Assembly (NCBI GenBank): GCA_002269645.1
Contig: NIVC01002112.1
Coordinates: forward strand, 124,001 to 188,000
Length of the DNA: 64,000 bases
Direction of reading: 5' to 3'
DNA from: Macrostomum lignano
Taxonomy: Eukaryota
In this document: piece after piece, positions 34,641 through 48,433 of the stretch
Layout: every line of letters starts with the position of its first letter
Numbering within the stretch: the stretch's first letter is position 1
Made by a program: the position numbers and the translations under genes
The notes under the pieces: generated by a model
Database searches by the model: none
What the model was told of the DNA's origin: nothing
Seen by the model: only the letters and a program-made list of their open reading frames with translations

Positions 34641-35164
34641 GTAGAGTACACGCCACTCTTGACAATATGAGCGCCCTTTCTGACAATGTCACACACGTGT
34701 TTAGGAGATTCCTGGAGCTCCGTCTGAAATGAGTTTTGAAACCGACAGTCCGTTTTCTGAGATTTCTTAAGCTATTCTACAATCAGCTTTGTAATTGGCC
34801 TGAGCAAAATGAAAGACAGAATGCATTATTTTTCTTCTTATTTCTCTTGATTTTTTCAAATCGACTCAAGCGAAGGAAAACCGATCACTGACCATTGCTA
34901 AAGTGCTTTCTTAGTAGTCAAGGGCTCTTCACTGGGACAAAACTCAATTTCAGCTTTCCTCAAGCTTCGCACACAGGAATAGTTTCTTAATACTATTCAA
35001 TCTTTTTGTATAGCTCAAAATACACAACACGGCTGCCCGAACTAAAGCTGCACATGGAAAATATCTTTCGAATTGTATTTTAAGAACAATATTTGCCGTG
35101 CATTCTGTATTCGGAGTGGAAATTTTGGTAAACTAGCGCATGCCTTGTCCCCTAACCCAGAAAA

Positions 35165-36020
35165 AATTGCTGGGGTAATGGGTGTCAGAATAGGGGTAAT
35201 GTGGGTCAGGATTGGGGTAATGGATGTCAGGATAAGATGCAATGGGTGTCAGGATAGGGATAATGGATGTCAGGATTGGGGGTAATGGATGTCAGGATAA
35301 GATGCAATGGGTGTCAGGATAGGGATAATGGATGTCAGGATAGGTGTAATGTGTGTCAGGATAGGTGTAATGGGTGTCAGGATAGGGATAATGGATGTCA
35401 GGATAGGTGTAATGTGTGTCAGGATAGGTGTAATGTGTGTCAGGATAGGTGTAATGTGTGTCAGGATAGGGGTGATGGATGTCAGGATAGGTGTAATGTG
35501 TGTCAGGATAAGGTGCAATGGGTGTCAGGATAAGGTGCAATGGGTGTCAAGGTAAGGGATAATGGATGTCAGGATAGGTGTAATGTGTGTCAGGATAGGA
35601 ATAATGGATGTCAGGATAGGTGTAATGTGTGTCAGGATAGGTGTAATGGGTGTCAGGATAAGGTGTAATGTGTGTCAGGATAGGTGTAATGGGTGTCAGG
35701 ATAGGGATAATGGATGTCAGGATAGGTGTAATGTGTGTCAGGATAGGGGTGATGGATGTCAGGATAGGTGTAATGTGTGTCAGGATAGGGGTGATGGATG
35801 TCAGGATAGGTGTAATATGTGTCAGGATAGGTGTAATGTGTGTCAGGATAGGTGTAATGTGTGTCAGGATAGGGATAATGGATGTCAGGATAGGTGTAAT
35901 GTGTGTCAGGATAAGGTGCAATGGGTGCCAGGATAAGCTAGGTGCAATGGGTGTCAGGATAAGGTGCAATGGGTGTCAGGATAAGGTGCAATGGGTGTCA
36001 GGATAAGGGGTAATGGGTGT
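35165..36020. repeat. 21-bp minisatellite (gtcaggataggtgtaatgtgt)
   Basis: Direct inspection. Confidence 0.95.
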
Positions 36021-36479
36021 CAAAATCTGTAATGAGCGACAGGATTGTATCAGAAATATGGTCGAACCACCGCTTACTCACGGGATTTTCCTTCAGACTC
36101 TGGCAGACTGGGGTCCGAATCTGTGAGTTTTCTCCTCTCCTCTCCCCAAGCTAAGATATATCCCCAAGACATCCATCTCAAATCCCAGACCGCATGTGGC
36201 CAATCAGGTGAGAGCCAGCTGGAAAAATCCCCACCGTTAATTGATTTTTATTCCCGACTTATTCTAACGATGCGTTAATATTACTTTTTAGTAGTAGCCA
36301 TCGTATTTTCTTCAAAATATTAATTAGAATTTGGCACTGCCAGCTGAGCAGATGTACAAGCAGTAGGACAGAGTGGTGTTCTAAATGGGCGCTGCTTTTG
36401 CATCTCCTCTTTAAGCCGCATCAGTGCTCGCTAAAGCTGTCGAAAAAATTAGCTAAGTACTTGCAGGTAGTACATGAAA

Positions 36480-36890
36480 TACATGTGATGCAATGCGACG
36501 CGACGCGACGTGATGTGATGTGATGTGTGGCGATGTGAGGTGATGTGATATGATGTGATGTGACGGGATGTTATGTGAGGTGATGTGATATGATGTGATG
36601 TGACGGGATGTTATGTGAGGTGATGTGATGTAAGGTGATGTGATGTGATGTGATGTGACGTGATGTGAGGTGATGTGATGTGATGTGAGGTGATGTGATG
36701 TGACGTGATGTGATGTGATGTGAGGTGATGTGATGTGATGTGAGGTGATGTGATGTGACGTGATGTGATGTGATGTGATATGATGTGATGTGACGTGATG
36801 TGAGGTGATGTGATGTAAGGTGATGTGATGTGATGTGATATGATGTGAGGTGATGTGATGTGATATGGTTTGATGTGATGTGATGTGTCG
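36480..36890. repeat. (GATGT)n pentanucleotide microsatellite
   Basis: Direct inspection. Confidence 0.95.
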
Positions 36891-37184
36891 TTTCGTGATG
36901 TAACGTGATTGAAAGCCAGCTCAGGAGGAAGGCAGGTGACCACAATAGATGTCAATTGCTTTCAGTGCATTGGAGACTTCTTATCGAGGCGTCGCACAAA
37001 ATCACTTTTGAAAAATTTGAGCCCCGGTTCGTTTCGTCCTGACGAAAAATGCGTTAGATTTTAGAAATATATTCTCTCTAAAAATGAGCTTTTTGTGCGC
37101 CAAAGGAGATGAGAATGCAAGAAAAAAACTCAATCGTTTCGATCCAGACGCGAGAAGCAGGTTGGAAAGGGAAAAATTCGGCCT

Positions 37185-38141
37185 TTAAAAAGTTGGCTGC
37201 GATAGTCGAGTTTGGCCGCAGATTCCGCTGCCAAATTGGGGCGCCCGACTGTAGCAGGCGTGCCAGCAGTTCGGAATCTGCTGCTGCTGCTGCTGCTGAT
37301 AGAGCCTTTGCAGGTGAATCTGGTGTTGCTGCTGCTGCTGGAGCTGTCGGGATCCCAGGCTCCAGTGCTGAGCCGGCGCCCCTGGAGAAGCCATCGCGGC
37401 TGCTTGAAAGGTAGAGAATCCAGACGGATCGCCAGCAGCCCTGCAGTCCCGACGCCGCTGCCTCCAAGTCGGAGCTCGGCGACAACCAGCCAGACTGCAC
37501 CGATCGCACAGGGCAGTGGGACTGGGCGAGCAAGCAGAGCTTTTTTCAGTCGTGTCCGAGTCCGGGCCAGAGGTCATCGAGATTGCCGGCGTCAGGTTGT
37601 AGTTGTTCCGAGCCGGCGCCAGCTGAGAGCGCAGCAGCTGCGATGGCGGCTGCCTCAGTGTGCGCTGCCTGGCGTGTCGCCTGGCTGGCGACGTGCTGGA
37701 ACTGCCGCTGCCGCTTCTCCAGCAGCCGCCCCTGGCCGGCGCTGAAGGCGTCCGTCTGGGTCTTCCGGTCTGGCTCTCCGGTTCCAGTCGGTGAATTCGA
37801 ACTTCCAAGCTGTAGGTCCACCTGGGGGTCTCCGCACTGCCAGGCCACCGCTGTTTCCTCGCTTCATCATCGGCTTTGCCGTTCGTTTCTTTCAGCCGGA
37901 AAGGTTCGCCTTGCAACGGCTCTGATGGCTCTCTAATCTTCTTGTCGAATCTGCCGAACTGGATTTGCTTCCGGCGGCGGTGCCTGCAGCGCGACAACTG
38001 CCGCCGACGACGGCTCCAGTTGGAGTCTTCGCTGTCGCTGAATGTGCGCCAGTCTCGACTGGCTCCCTGCAGCCGGAGCAGGGCCAGGCTCATGGCCGCC
38101 ACGCTGAAGTCGTCCCGAGTGCTGCGACTCTGCACCTGCAT
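37185..38141 (-). CDS. Putative orphan protein, 318 aa, Ser/Arg/Gln-rich; frame open upstream to 38210
   Basis: Non-repetitive GC-rich ORF with poly-Gln tract like the genuine exons here. Possible acceptor ttttag| at 38211. No recognisable domain. Confidence 0.4.
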   Translation of the reverse strand: MQVQSRSTRDDFSVAAMSLALLRLQGASRDWRTFSDSEDSNWSRRRRQLSRCRHRRRKQIQFGRFDKKIREPSEPLQGEPFRLKETNGKADDEARKQRWPGSAETPRWTYSLEVRIHRLEPESQTGRPRRTPSAPARGGCWRSGSGSSSTSPARRHARQRTLRQPPSQLLRSQLAPARNNYNLTPAISMTSGPDSDTTEKSSACSPSPTALCDRCSLAGCRRAPTWRQRRRDCRAAGDPSGFSTFQAAAMASPGAPAQHWSLGSRQLQQQQQHQIHLQRLYQQQQQQQIPNCWHACYSRAPQFGSGICGQTRLSQPTF

Positions 38142-39515
38142 CTGACCGGGCTGCTGCTCCCAGTTGTCAAGGTTACAAGTACACTCGGATCGTCTCGCGT
38201 AGTCAGTCAGCTAAAACTGGCGAGAGATCCGTTGGTAAAGGCGGTTTCGGGCATAGACATCGCATTCTCGAGCAAGTTGTTTTGATGAAGTTCCTGAATT
38301 TTATTTTTTGAGAAAGATGTGTAGGTTCTAGTCAGTGTTTTTGTCATTTTATCTTTTATGCCACCGAAGGCGCAACAGGTTGCTTCATCTTGGAGGACGT
38401 CTGAAAGATCAACTACGAGCTTATCGCGGGTTTTTGTCTGCATTTTATCTCAATAGTAACAGCTTCCGAGTGAGCAGTACGGCTTAGCTTGGATGATCTT
38501 GGTGATGCTTTGCATCAGACAGACTTTGTTCTTCCCAAACAAAGAAACTTCACTGAACTTAGACCAGTGACTTAACATCTGGCAACTTCTTAGTGCGTTC
38601 TGCTTTCACATCCGTTTGCCAGATCGGATCGAGCGGCAGGATCTCGTACTATTTTCTTGAATCGGCACGCCAGCTCTGACATTCAAAGTGGCGATAACAA
38701 AAACAACACAAAATTCTTAACGGACCCCGACCAGATGGCAGTGGCTGGTTGCGCCGCGGGCTCGCCAGTCATTGGCGGCTTCAAGTTTCACCGCCATATT
38801 CTAAATTATTTTGCTTTCGCGCCTTGTTTCGTGTAACTGCAACCCCTCCCCGCACCACGGCTTCGATACCAACTGGGATCTGGGGCAAGGAATTTAGGCA
38901 ATTTGCTGCTCTTGACAATGGGAGCAGCCAAAATGCGTGTTGCAGAAATGCAAGCACACACGCACACGCACATGAAAAGTTTCAGTGTTTCAGTGTTCAG
39001 CTCCCCATTTTTGACACCTCCAGTTTGCGCCCGCAGTCGCGTTGTTGTCGCACTTTGCAGCCGTCCGTGACTCGGTCCTGACCGGCTGCTGCAGCCCGGC
39101 GGCAGCCTTCAGTTTCGGTGCGCGTACGTCTCTGTCTGTCTGTCTGTCATCGCTTTTTGGTGTCGGTCGTATACATGTAGGGGGGTGGGGTGAATGGGGT
39201 TAGCTGCGGCAATGAAAAGCACGGCCGTTGTGGCCTTAAAAAAACAAGCGCAGCTGCCGTAGATGGATGAAGCGGAATGTCGGGTTCCTTCCCCCGTAGC
39301 TGCAGAGTCCCCAGCGCCGCTCTGTCTGGGGGCTGCCCCGCTTCGTCAGTCCCTCCTGAGCGGCCCCACGCCGGCAGCCAGATGTGCCTGCAGTTCCGGC
39401 CATAAACTCCGAAGCATCTTTCCTGCTGCATTTCTCTAGTTGGGCCTAAGAGGTGCGTTTTCATGTGCGAGCCATGGCACCGATGTAGGAGTGCACTTTC
39501 GCCAGCTGGATCCTG

Positions 39516-40240
<725 letters not shown>

Positions 40241-41387
40241 GCAACAAAACCTCTACTTGGCTTTGCTGATTAGTTCAATCAACTCTCTCATCCTCCCACT
40301 CACTCGTCAGCCACAGAGGATCAGTGGAATTAGAATGCCAGATTCACTCATAGGGGTGCACCAATCTAAAGCCTAGCACTGTCTCGATTGGATCAAACTA
40401 TTTTTTATCAATAAACAGGAACCCTTAGTAACGATTGACCCTCTATACAATCGAAGACAGATTAAGTACACAGATAAGCTTTTCCAAGCTCAGGGATTTT
40501 GCTTCGATAAGATCAATCGTAACGTCTAAGCTCGCTCAGAATTTCGACCCTAGCAACAAGTTCTAAAAGATGCAATCACTAGCTTGAATTTTTTCCAGCC
40601 TGATTAAAATTTTTAAGGCTTTGAATTCAACTTTGATTAGTTTGCTTAGAATAAATTGAAACAAATTTATACTTTATGTAACTTTTACATCTCACGAAAA
40701 ACTTTTGATTTCTAAGAATTTGTGTACGAAAGGCACAGCGATATTCGTACAATGTCTATATTAAAAGCCAACAACAGGTTAGCTGCATGTGCGATCTTCT
40801 TCACCAAAGTACAGATTGTACTATCAGATAACGATGTGTTTTAGATACAGTAGAGCATGTTCTGTACCAAAATCCTACAGACATCCCTGTACAGACAGAA
40901 AGCTGTTATCCACTAGAGCGGGCAGCAGGACTTCTTGGTAATATTGATTGACAGCTCAAATCGATACGCCGACGAGATGAGCCAGGCTGCTCAAGTGGGG
41001 CAGCTCAGCGCTCTCCGTAGGTTTCCACTGGCCACTTAGCCACTGAGAGTCGCAGCACATAAGGCCCGGGTTAACCAAAAGTCAACCGACTAGCTTCCTA
41101 AAACAATCTTGCAGAAACTAAGGACGCAAAACACTTGAGCATTAGCAATGAAGAAAAAGACCTGTTGAAAAGATTTCTCTTCAAGATGAATAATGGACAA
41201 AAAGTAGTGACACTGAGCTAGTAAGCCATTTCTAGTTCTTGGCCTCAACACTTTCAGGTCTTTTGTCCGCAGTTAGGCAGGCCACCAACTTGTTGCAACA
41301 TCACTTGGGTATTTGTCTTCCCGATATGTATGGAAATCTGTTTTATGCGAACTGTTAACCTTTACTTTAAGTGATTTATTGTTTGTC

Positions 41388-43671
41388 TCAAATCCACTCG
41401 GGCAAAGGCAGCCGCTGAGGCACGTAAGGTGCAGAAAATTCCAGAAGCTGCCACGGAAACGACAGGTGTAGCGGAGCAGGCGGCGGCAGGAAGGACAGCG
41501 AAGCTGGATGCTGCAGTACATCCTTGTTGCTGTTTCGGCTGCTACTGCTGCTGCCGCATCTGTCTGAGTACAAAACCTGAGCAGTCCGCAAAGCTGGAGG
41601 GTAACCTGCGGGTCATTGTGTAAGACGTTCTCATACCCCAGACACTACCTGGCTTCAATCCAATCTATACCTGGCTTCAATCCCATCTATACCTGGCTTC
41701 AATCCAATCTATACCTGGCTTCAATCCCATCTATACCTGGCTTCAATCCCGTCTATACCTGGCTTCAATCCCGTCTATACCTGGCTTCAATCCCATCTAT
41801 ACCTGGCTTCAATCCCATCTATACCTGGCTTCAATCCCATCTATACCTGGCTTCAATCCCATCTATACCTGGCTTCAATCCCATCTATACCTGGCTTCAA
41901 TCCAATCTATACCTGGCTTCAATCCAATCTATACCTGGCTTCAATCCCATCTATACCTGGCTTCAATCCCATCTATACCTGGCTTCAATCCAATCTATAC
42001 CTGGCTTCAATCCCATCTATACCTGGCTTCAATCCCATCTATACCTGGCTTCAATCCAATCTATACCTGGCTTCAATCCAATCTATACCTGGCTTCAATC
42101 CAATCTATACCTGGCTTCAATCCAATCTATACCTGGCTTCAATCCCATCTATACCTGGCTTCAATCCCTTCCATACCTGGCTTCAATCCCATCTATACCT
42201 GGCTTCAGTCCCATCTATACCTGGCTTCAGTCCCATCTATACCTGGCTTCAATCCCTTCCATACCTGGCTTCAATCCCATCTATACCTGGCTTCAATCCC
42301 ATCGGACAGTCAATTTTGAAGGAGTCTGGCAAATTGAGTACTTCTGGCAGAGGCATCTGCGGCAGCGGCACTGGCAGCTGCAGTGGTGGCGGGGGCAGCA
42401 GCGGGAGCGGCGGCGGCATCGAAGGAAGCGCTGCTGGTGGCAGGCGATACTCGTAAGCTTGGAGCAGCAGGTCAGTCAGCGGAGCCGATTGTCGTTTGTA
42501 CCGCTTCCGGCGTCTGAGGAAGCTGCCATTGTCGAACATGTCCTCCGAGCGGGGATCCAAGGCCCAGTAATTGCCCTTACCTGGATTGCCCGGCTCGCGA
42601 GGCACCTTCACGAAGCAGTCGTTCAGGGACAGATTGTGTCTGATGCTGTTCTGCCAGGCTGGGAACCTGCCGGAGGATTGCGGGGGCTTGGGTCAGTCAG
42701 ATTTTGGGTCATTATGATGTTGGGTCGGTTAGCGGGATTTTGGGTCAGAGGGATTTTTGGTCGATGAGATTTTTGGTCAGTTGTGGGATTTTGGAGCAGT
42801 GGATTTTGGGTCAGAGGGGTTTTGGGTCAGTGGGATTTTGTTTCAAGGGTTTGGGGGCAGTGGGATTTTGGGTCAGTAGGATTTTGGGTCAGCGGGATTT
42901 TGGGTCAGAGGGGTTTTGGGTCAGTGGGATTTTGGGTCAGTGGGATTTTGGGTCAGTAGGATTTTGGGTCAGTGGGATTTTGGGTCAGTAGGATTTTGGG
43001 TCAGTGGGATTTTGGGTCAGTGGGATTTTGGGTCAGTGGGATTTTGGGTCAGTGGGATTTTGGGTCAGTGGGATTTTGGGTCAGTGAGATTTTGGGTCAG
43101 TGGGATTTTGGGTCAGTGGGATTTTGGGTCAGTAGGATTTTGGGTCAGTGGGATTTTGGGTCAGTGGGATTTTGGGTCAGAGGGATTTTGGGTCAGTGGG
43201 ATTTTGGGTCAGTGGGATTTAACGATCATTTTGGAGTCCATAGTCTTAGTAGGGACTACCCAGTACTCAATATAGAGTAGTCCCCGGGTCTTAAAGCCAA
43301 AAAATTCTGTCTTTTGTGAAACCGAAAGTGCTGTAATATTGAATACCCGTACAGCATTAAAGCCCGACAAAGCAAATAAAAATGAAGCAAAAACTCTTCA
43401 GCGAGCACCTGTCTCTGTAATACGGGAATCTGTTGGCAATGAAGTCGCAGATGCCGCTAAGTGTCAGCTTCCTGTCTGGAGACTGCATAATCGCCATGGC
43501 GATCAACGCGATGTAGCTGTAAGGCGGCTTCGATTGCTGCTGCTGCTCCTGGTGCGGCTGCGGCTGCTGCTGCAACTTTTTCTGCTTTCGTTTGCACTGA
43601 TGCTCCATGCTAGGAGTCGAACTTGCGACCTCTGACAATGCGTCGCTGTTGTTGTCAGTAAAAGCATCCAT
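41388..43671 (-). CDS. foxD: FoxD forkhead transcription factor; complement(join(43671..43409,42666..42287,41605..41388)), ~286 aa
   Basis: [41 protein letters not shown]|[58 protein letters not shown] is FoxD-class. eh1-like SFKIDCPMG near the exon 2 end. Exon 3 is inferred from a phase-1 join (ccag|gtatag .. cgcag|GTTACC). Confidence 0.93.
41646..42303 (-). repeat. 30 x 22-bp tandem repeat = last 17 nt of FoxD exon 2 + 5' splice site
   Basis: Sense unit gatgggattgaagccag|gtata. First donor G at 42286, last at 41648 (638 = 29 x 22). Confidence 0.95.
42705..43220. repeat. 16-bp minisatellite (gggattttgggtcagt), FoxD intron 1
   Basis: Direct inspection. Confidence 0.95.
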
Positions 43672-44529
43672 ATTTGTTTAATTAATAAGCTAATCACTGC
43701 ACGTTTGTTTCTGGAGAGAAACTGACTGCGCGTTTATAACAGATGAGGCTATTTATCTGATGAAATTTGCTGTAGGATAAGCCAGCGGCAGCCCGTATTT
43801 CAGTATGTCGCTTTCTGATTGGTTGCGTCATTTTGGACCGCATTGATGTTATCACCGGGTGGTGTAAGTAAAGCATCGTTTAGGGATCGGATCGTTGCTT
43901 TTGCTCTACTGTTAGTAGCCTGCAGTTCCAGAAATGTCAGTATACAGTTGGTTAATTAAAGGTATCGATAAGTAAAGAGTAGTTAGCCTTTGCTTTTCCG
44001 GCCGTCATTTTCTTCGTCTAAGTTTAACATAAAAATTAAGGCAGGGGAGGATAGTGCTATAATATAATTTTAGGTTGCACAAAGATTATTCCCTAGCTCA
44101 AACAAAGGGGGAATCTGGGTGCTGGGTGTTAAGCCATCTGTTCTACTACTGCTTCAATACTGTCAATGACATCTTGTTTAAACAGTTTAATTCTCTTTGG
44201 ATTCCTATTTTTATTTTTTTATATTGCCTTATACTAGGACAAGCTGTTGAAACCCGCGTATTTTGAACCCAGGGAATTCCAATCCCCGGAACTATTTTTG
44301 AATATCTTCTGAAATCTGAGGCTATACTCAAACAAAAACTTAGTACGATAGAGGTAAACATAAAATGGAGTACAATCGTGTAAAATTAGGATTTGAGGTA
44401 AACAGTTGATTTTGTTGGCTGGGGTGCTGCGCAGAATGTCGGGCAATGTCTGTCTGACTCTAAAACATGTATTGGCAAACTCTGGCCTCGGTCTCTGACT
44501 CTCTTTACATTCCTTGGATCCTTTGAAAC

Positions 44530-45144
<615 letters not shown>

Positions 45145-45804
45145 GTGAGTTTAGGGTGGGTGCAAAATTGTACACACACAGACAGACAGACAGATAGACA
45201 CAGACAGTTTTTATTTTTATAGGTAAAGACAGTTATTACATGTAATATTAGGAAAGCTGGTAGCAGAGAACTACCAAACCAAACTTTTACAAGTAAGAGT
45301 AAGACGTAAAACCGAAGAGGCTAGTACAAAAAGTTTTTTGAAAGTTGCATTTTCTGCTAAACTGGCTGCTTTTAGGTGCAAAAAATGGTCAATCTGTACA
45401 ATTTTTTTCAATCATAAATTGTTAAACTTAAATAGATATAGTCACGCAAAATAATTTATATGAATTATTATAACTTCATTTTATTATTCTAAAATCTTTG
45501 GATTATCAGTGTGTGCTAGGGGTGTTCCTGTACGATACAAAATCCCACCGTTAAGCCACCAAAGTTGTCGTAGGGCTTACTTTCTCTCGATTAAATTTCT
45601 ACTGCTATCACTTAATCTTGCCTTAATGTTTTTAACTGTTTCTTAGAATCTCATATATTTCTGGGTAGCGTTCAGCTTAGTACATGGTTTGGTAGCGTTC
45701 TTAGTATATGGTCTGGTAACGTTCTTAGTATATGATCTGGTAGCGTTCTTAGTATATGACCTGAGCGCGCGCGGTCTTACTGCATGGTATATGTACTATG
45801 TACT

Positions 45805-46340
45805 GGGGGCGCTTCATAAGACCTAAATTTCACAACGTCTAAAGCACATGACTTCACATCACCTAAATTTCATAACGCCTAAATTTCACAACGCCTAAAA
45901 TCGAAAATGCAGCCTCCTTCACAACGCCTAAATTTCACATCGCCTAAATTTCACAACGCCTAAAATTTCTGCACGCTCCTTCACATCGCCTAAACTTCAT
46001 ATCGCCTAAATTTCACAACACCTAAAAGTGAATGTGAAGGAGAGAAGCAAAGATTTTAGGCGTTGTGAAATTTAGGCGATATGAAGTTTAGGCGATATGA
46101 AAGAGCATGCAGATTTTTAGGCGTTGTGAAATTTAGGCGATATGAAATTTAGGCGATGTGAAGGAGGCTGCACTTTTGATTTTAGGCGTTGTGAAATTTA
46201 GGCGATATGAAATTTAGGCGATATGAAAGAGTGTGCAAATATTTTAGCCGTTGTGAAATTTAGGCGATATGAAATTTAGGCGTTGTGAAGTGTGGTGGTT
46301 TTAGGCGTTGTGAAATTTAGGTCTGAAATGAAAGCGTCCC
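45805..46340. mobile_element. Foldback-type non-autonomous DNA transposon with internally repetitive long inverted arms and 8-9-bp TSD
   Basis: Left arm (~45805-46027) has repeats of cgcctaaatttcacaa; right arm (~46053-46340) has their reverse complement ttgtgaaatttaggcg. Termini ggg(g/a)cgct..cat..agacctaaatttcacaacg. Flanks (c)tatgtact at 45796/7-45804 and 46340/1-46348. Confidence 0.85.
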
Positions 46341-47582
46341 TATGTACTTTCTCTCTCTCTCCAGTCTGGGCGTTTCCGGGATTAGAGGGTCACAGCGATT
46401 ACTGTTAGTACTACTCTTTGCATGAATCCCAAGTGCGACTTTCAACCTTCTTCACAACACTCTTAGAAATGAACAACAATCTGAGAGCTGAATTCGTTTA
46501 AATTCTATCGAACAAGTGAACATAAGTATTACACGAGTGCACGAATTGGTCCAACTTCGCTCTTATTTATACTGCCTCGATTGTGTATATTTATAACAAA
46601 CATAGAATATTTCGCAAATTAAAACAAACACATAATTTTCGCGTAATTTTAGAAATAAGGTTTCCTAGAAAACAATAACCACTTCTACAAGTGTGCATCA
46701 TGATATGTGACCCTTAGATTCAGTTTCTAGTTCATACGACTTGAAATCTCCACCTAGTTCTAGGTCTATTAAAATCGCTTTTCTTTATGCCATACTTCTA
46801 CATCAAAATTAAATCTCATTTATAGATTTAGAACAATCTCAACACTCAAGTGAAATTGTAACAGTTTAATTTAAATATAAATTATTTATAGCTAGTCCTA
46901 ATAAAAAACAAAATTATAATTTGCTTTTATTTCTTCTAGTTTGTAATTTAATGAAATCTACATTTTGTATATCATATGTACAATCTGGTAAGTTATTATA
47001 AATTATTTTTTAAGCCTACTTAGGCCCCAATGGCAATAGCCTATTACTTTTATTATATAGTAGGACATATGCCTAGTTACCAATCAAATAAAGAGACCCT
47101 AATATTACTGTAGACCTAGTACTCCTAATTCATATTCTCTGGTTATCTTTTCTCTTTTCTATTTTTATCTATCTTTCGTATAGTATATTTATTTCATATT
47201 TATTTCTTTTAGTTAGATATAAAAATCATATATTAATTTAGGTATTTCTTTGATTAGGCCTAGGCTTATATTTTGATTGGGCCTAGATCTTTTTGAAATT
47301 TCTAGGCTAGGCTAATCTTTCCAAAATTGCTTTCAAAAGTTTTTCAAAAAGAACCTAGAAAAGATTTTTTTCTATTTGCTTTTAAAATAATGCTAATTGC
47401 TAAAAAATTCTTATAGCCTATATAGAAATAAATTTCTAATTCTAGCTAGGCCCCATTATTTGTCAAAATAATGTAGAAAAGACTTTAAGAAAATAAATAA
47501 ATATGAATCAGCCCACCTAGCATTAGCAAGGTCCCACATTCTATCTTAGCATATTCTAGCCTTTTTTACTATAGCCATTATA

Positions 47583-47696
47583 GGAATCACCTAGCTGTTT
47601 CTATTGGCAGTATACATATATAAGTTGCTATTGGCTGAGAGTAGTATTTTGTCCAATAGTAAATTACTTGTATGTGTTACCAATAGGAAATAGCTA
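47583..47696. repeat. Diverged copy of the palindromic mini-element at 49631-49747
   Basis: ggaatcacc..gctgtttctattggca..taagttgctattggctga..tatt.tgtccaatag..gtgttaccaatag.aaa.agc matches 49620-49747. Confidence 0.75.
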
Positions 47697-48433
47697 GGTA
47701 AATTCCTAAGTAGTAGGTTGTGCCTAAATATAAAGCATCTATTATGAAAACTCCACATTGGGGGTAAGACCCCCCCCCAAAGGCAGAGAGCTTGTATTTA
47801 TTATAGCTGGCCAACAATAAAGGTTGTCTGACAAAGCGTTAGCCAATCACACGCGCATGTGCGTAGGTGTACACCTGCACTGTACATTACACTGAGTGGA
47901 GCAACTGAGCAACCCCATGCTACCACATCTATATTGACAGATTTTGCTATAGTTTTTAATGTCAATATTCACTACAGATATTAGAATAACTAAATAGGCT
48001 ACCCAGGTATATATACTTGGTAAAACAGCTTTCTACTTTTTGTTTAGTAGCAATGAAGAATCCATAAGCTTTTATAAGAATAAAGACAACTGAGATGACT
48101 TTCATAAATTAAAAAATTAAGCTTGCAGATATAAACAGCTTGCTAATTGGTTTAGCCATAATGTACATTGGCCATTGAAATTTAACAAGCAGATTTTGAT
48201 TGGAACAACCAAGGAAAGTAATAAAAATTGGGGGTGGCTGGGTAAGGATAGAGATTCTGTGTGGTCTCCACCTTAGACACTACCTTAGACACTAGCTTTT
48301 CTAACCCTATACTCATGTAGGGTCATGTTAGCTTTGTATATACTAGACAAAGTCAAATTTGGAAATTTATGTTTGCAGTTTATGTCAGTTTTAATTTTTA
48401 ATCTAAGGTTAAATGTATATTGAAATTGTCCAG

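Noticed and set aside
39147-39464. 105-aa minus-strand ORF upstream of the orphan ORF
   Set aside because: No domain and no convincing splice link.
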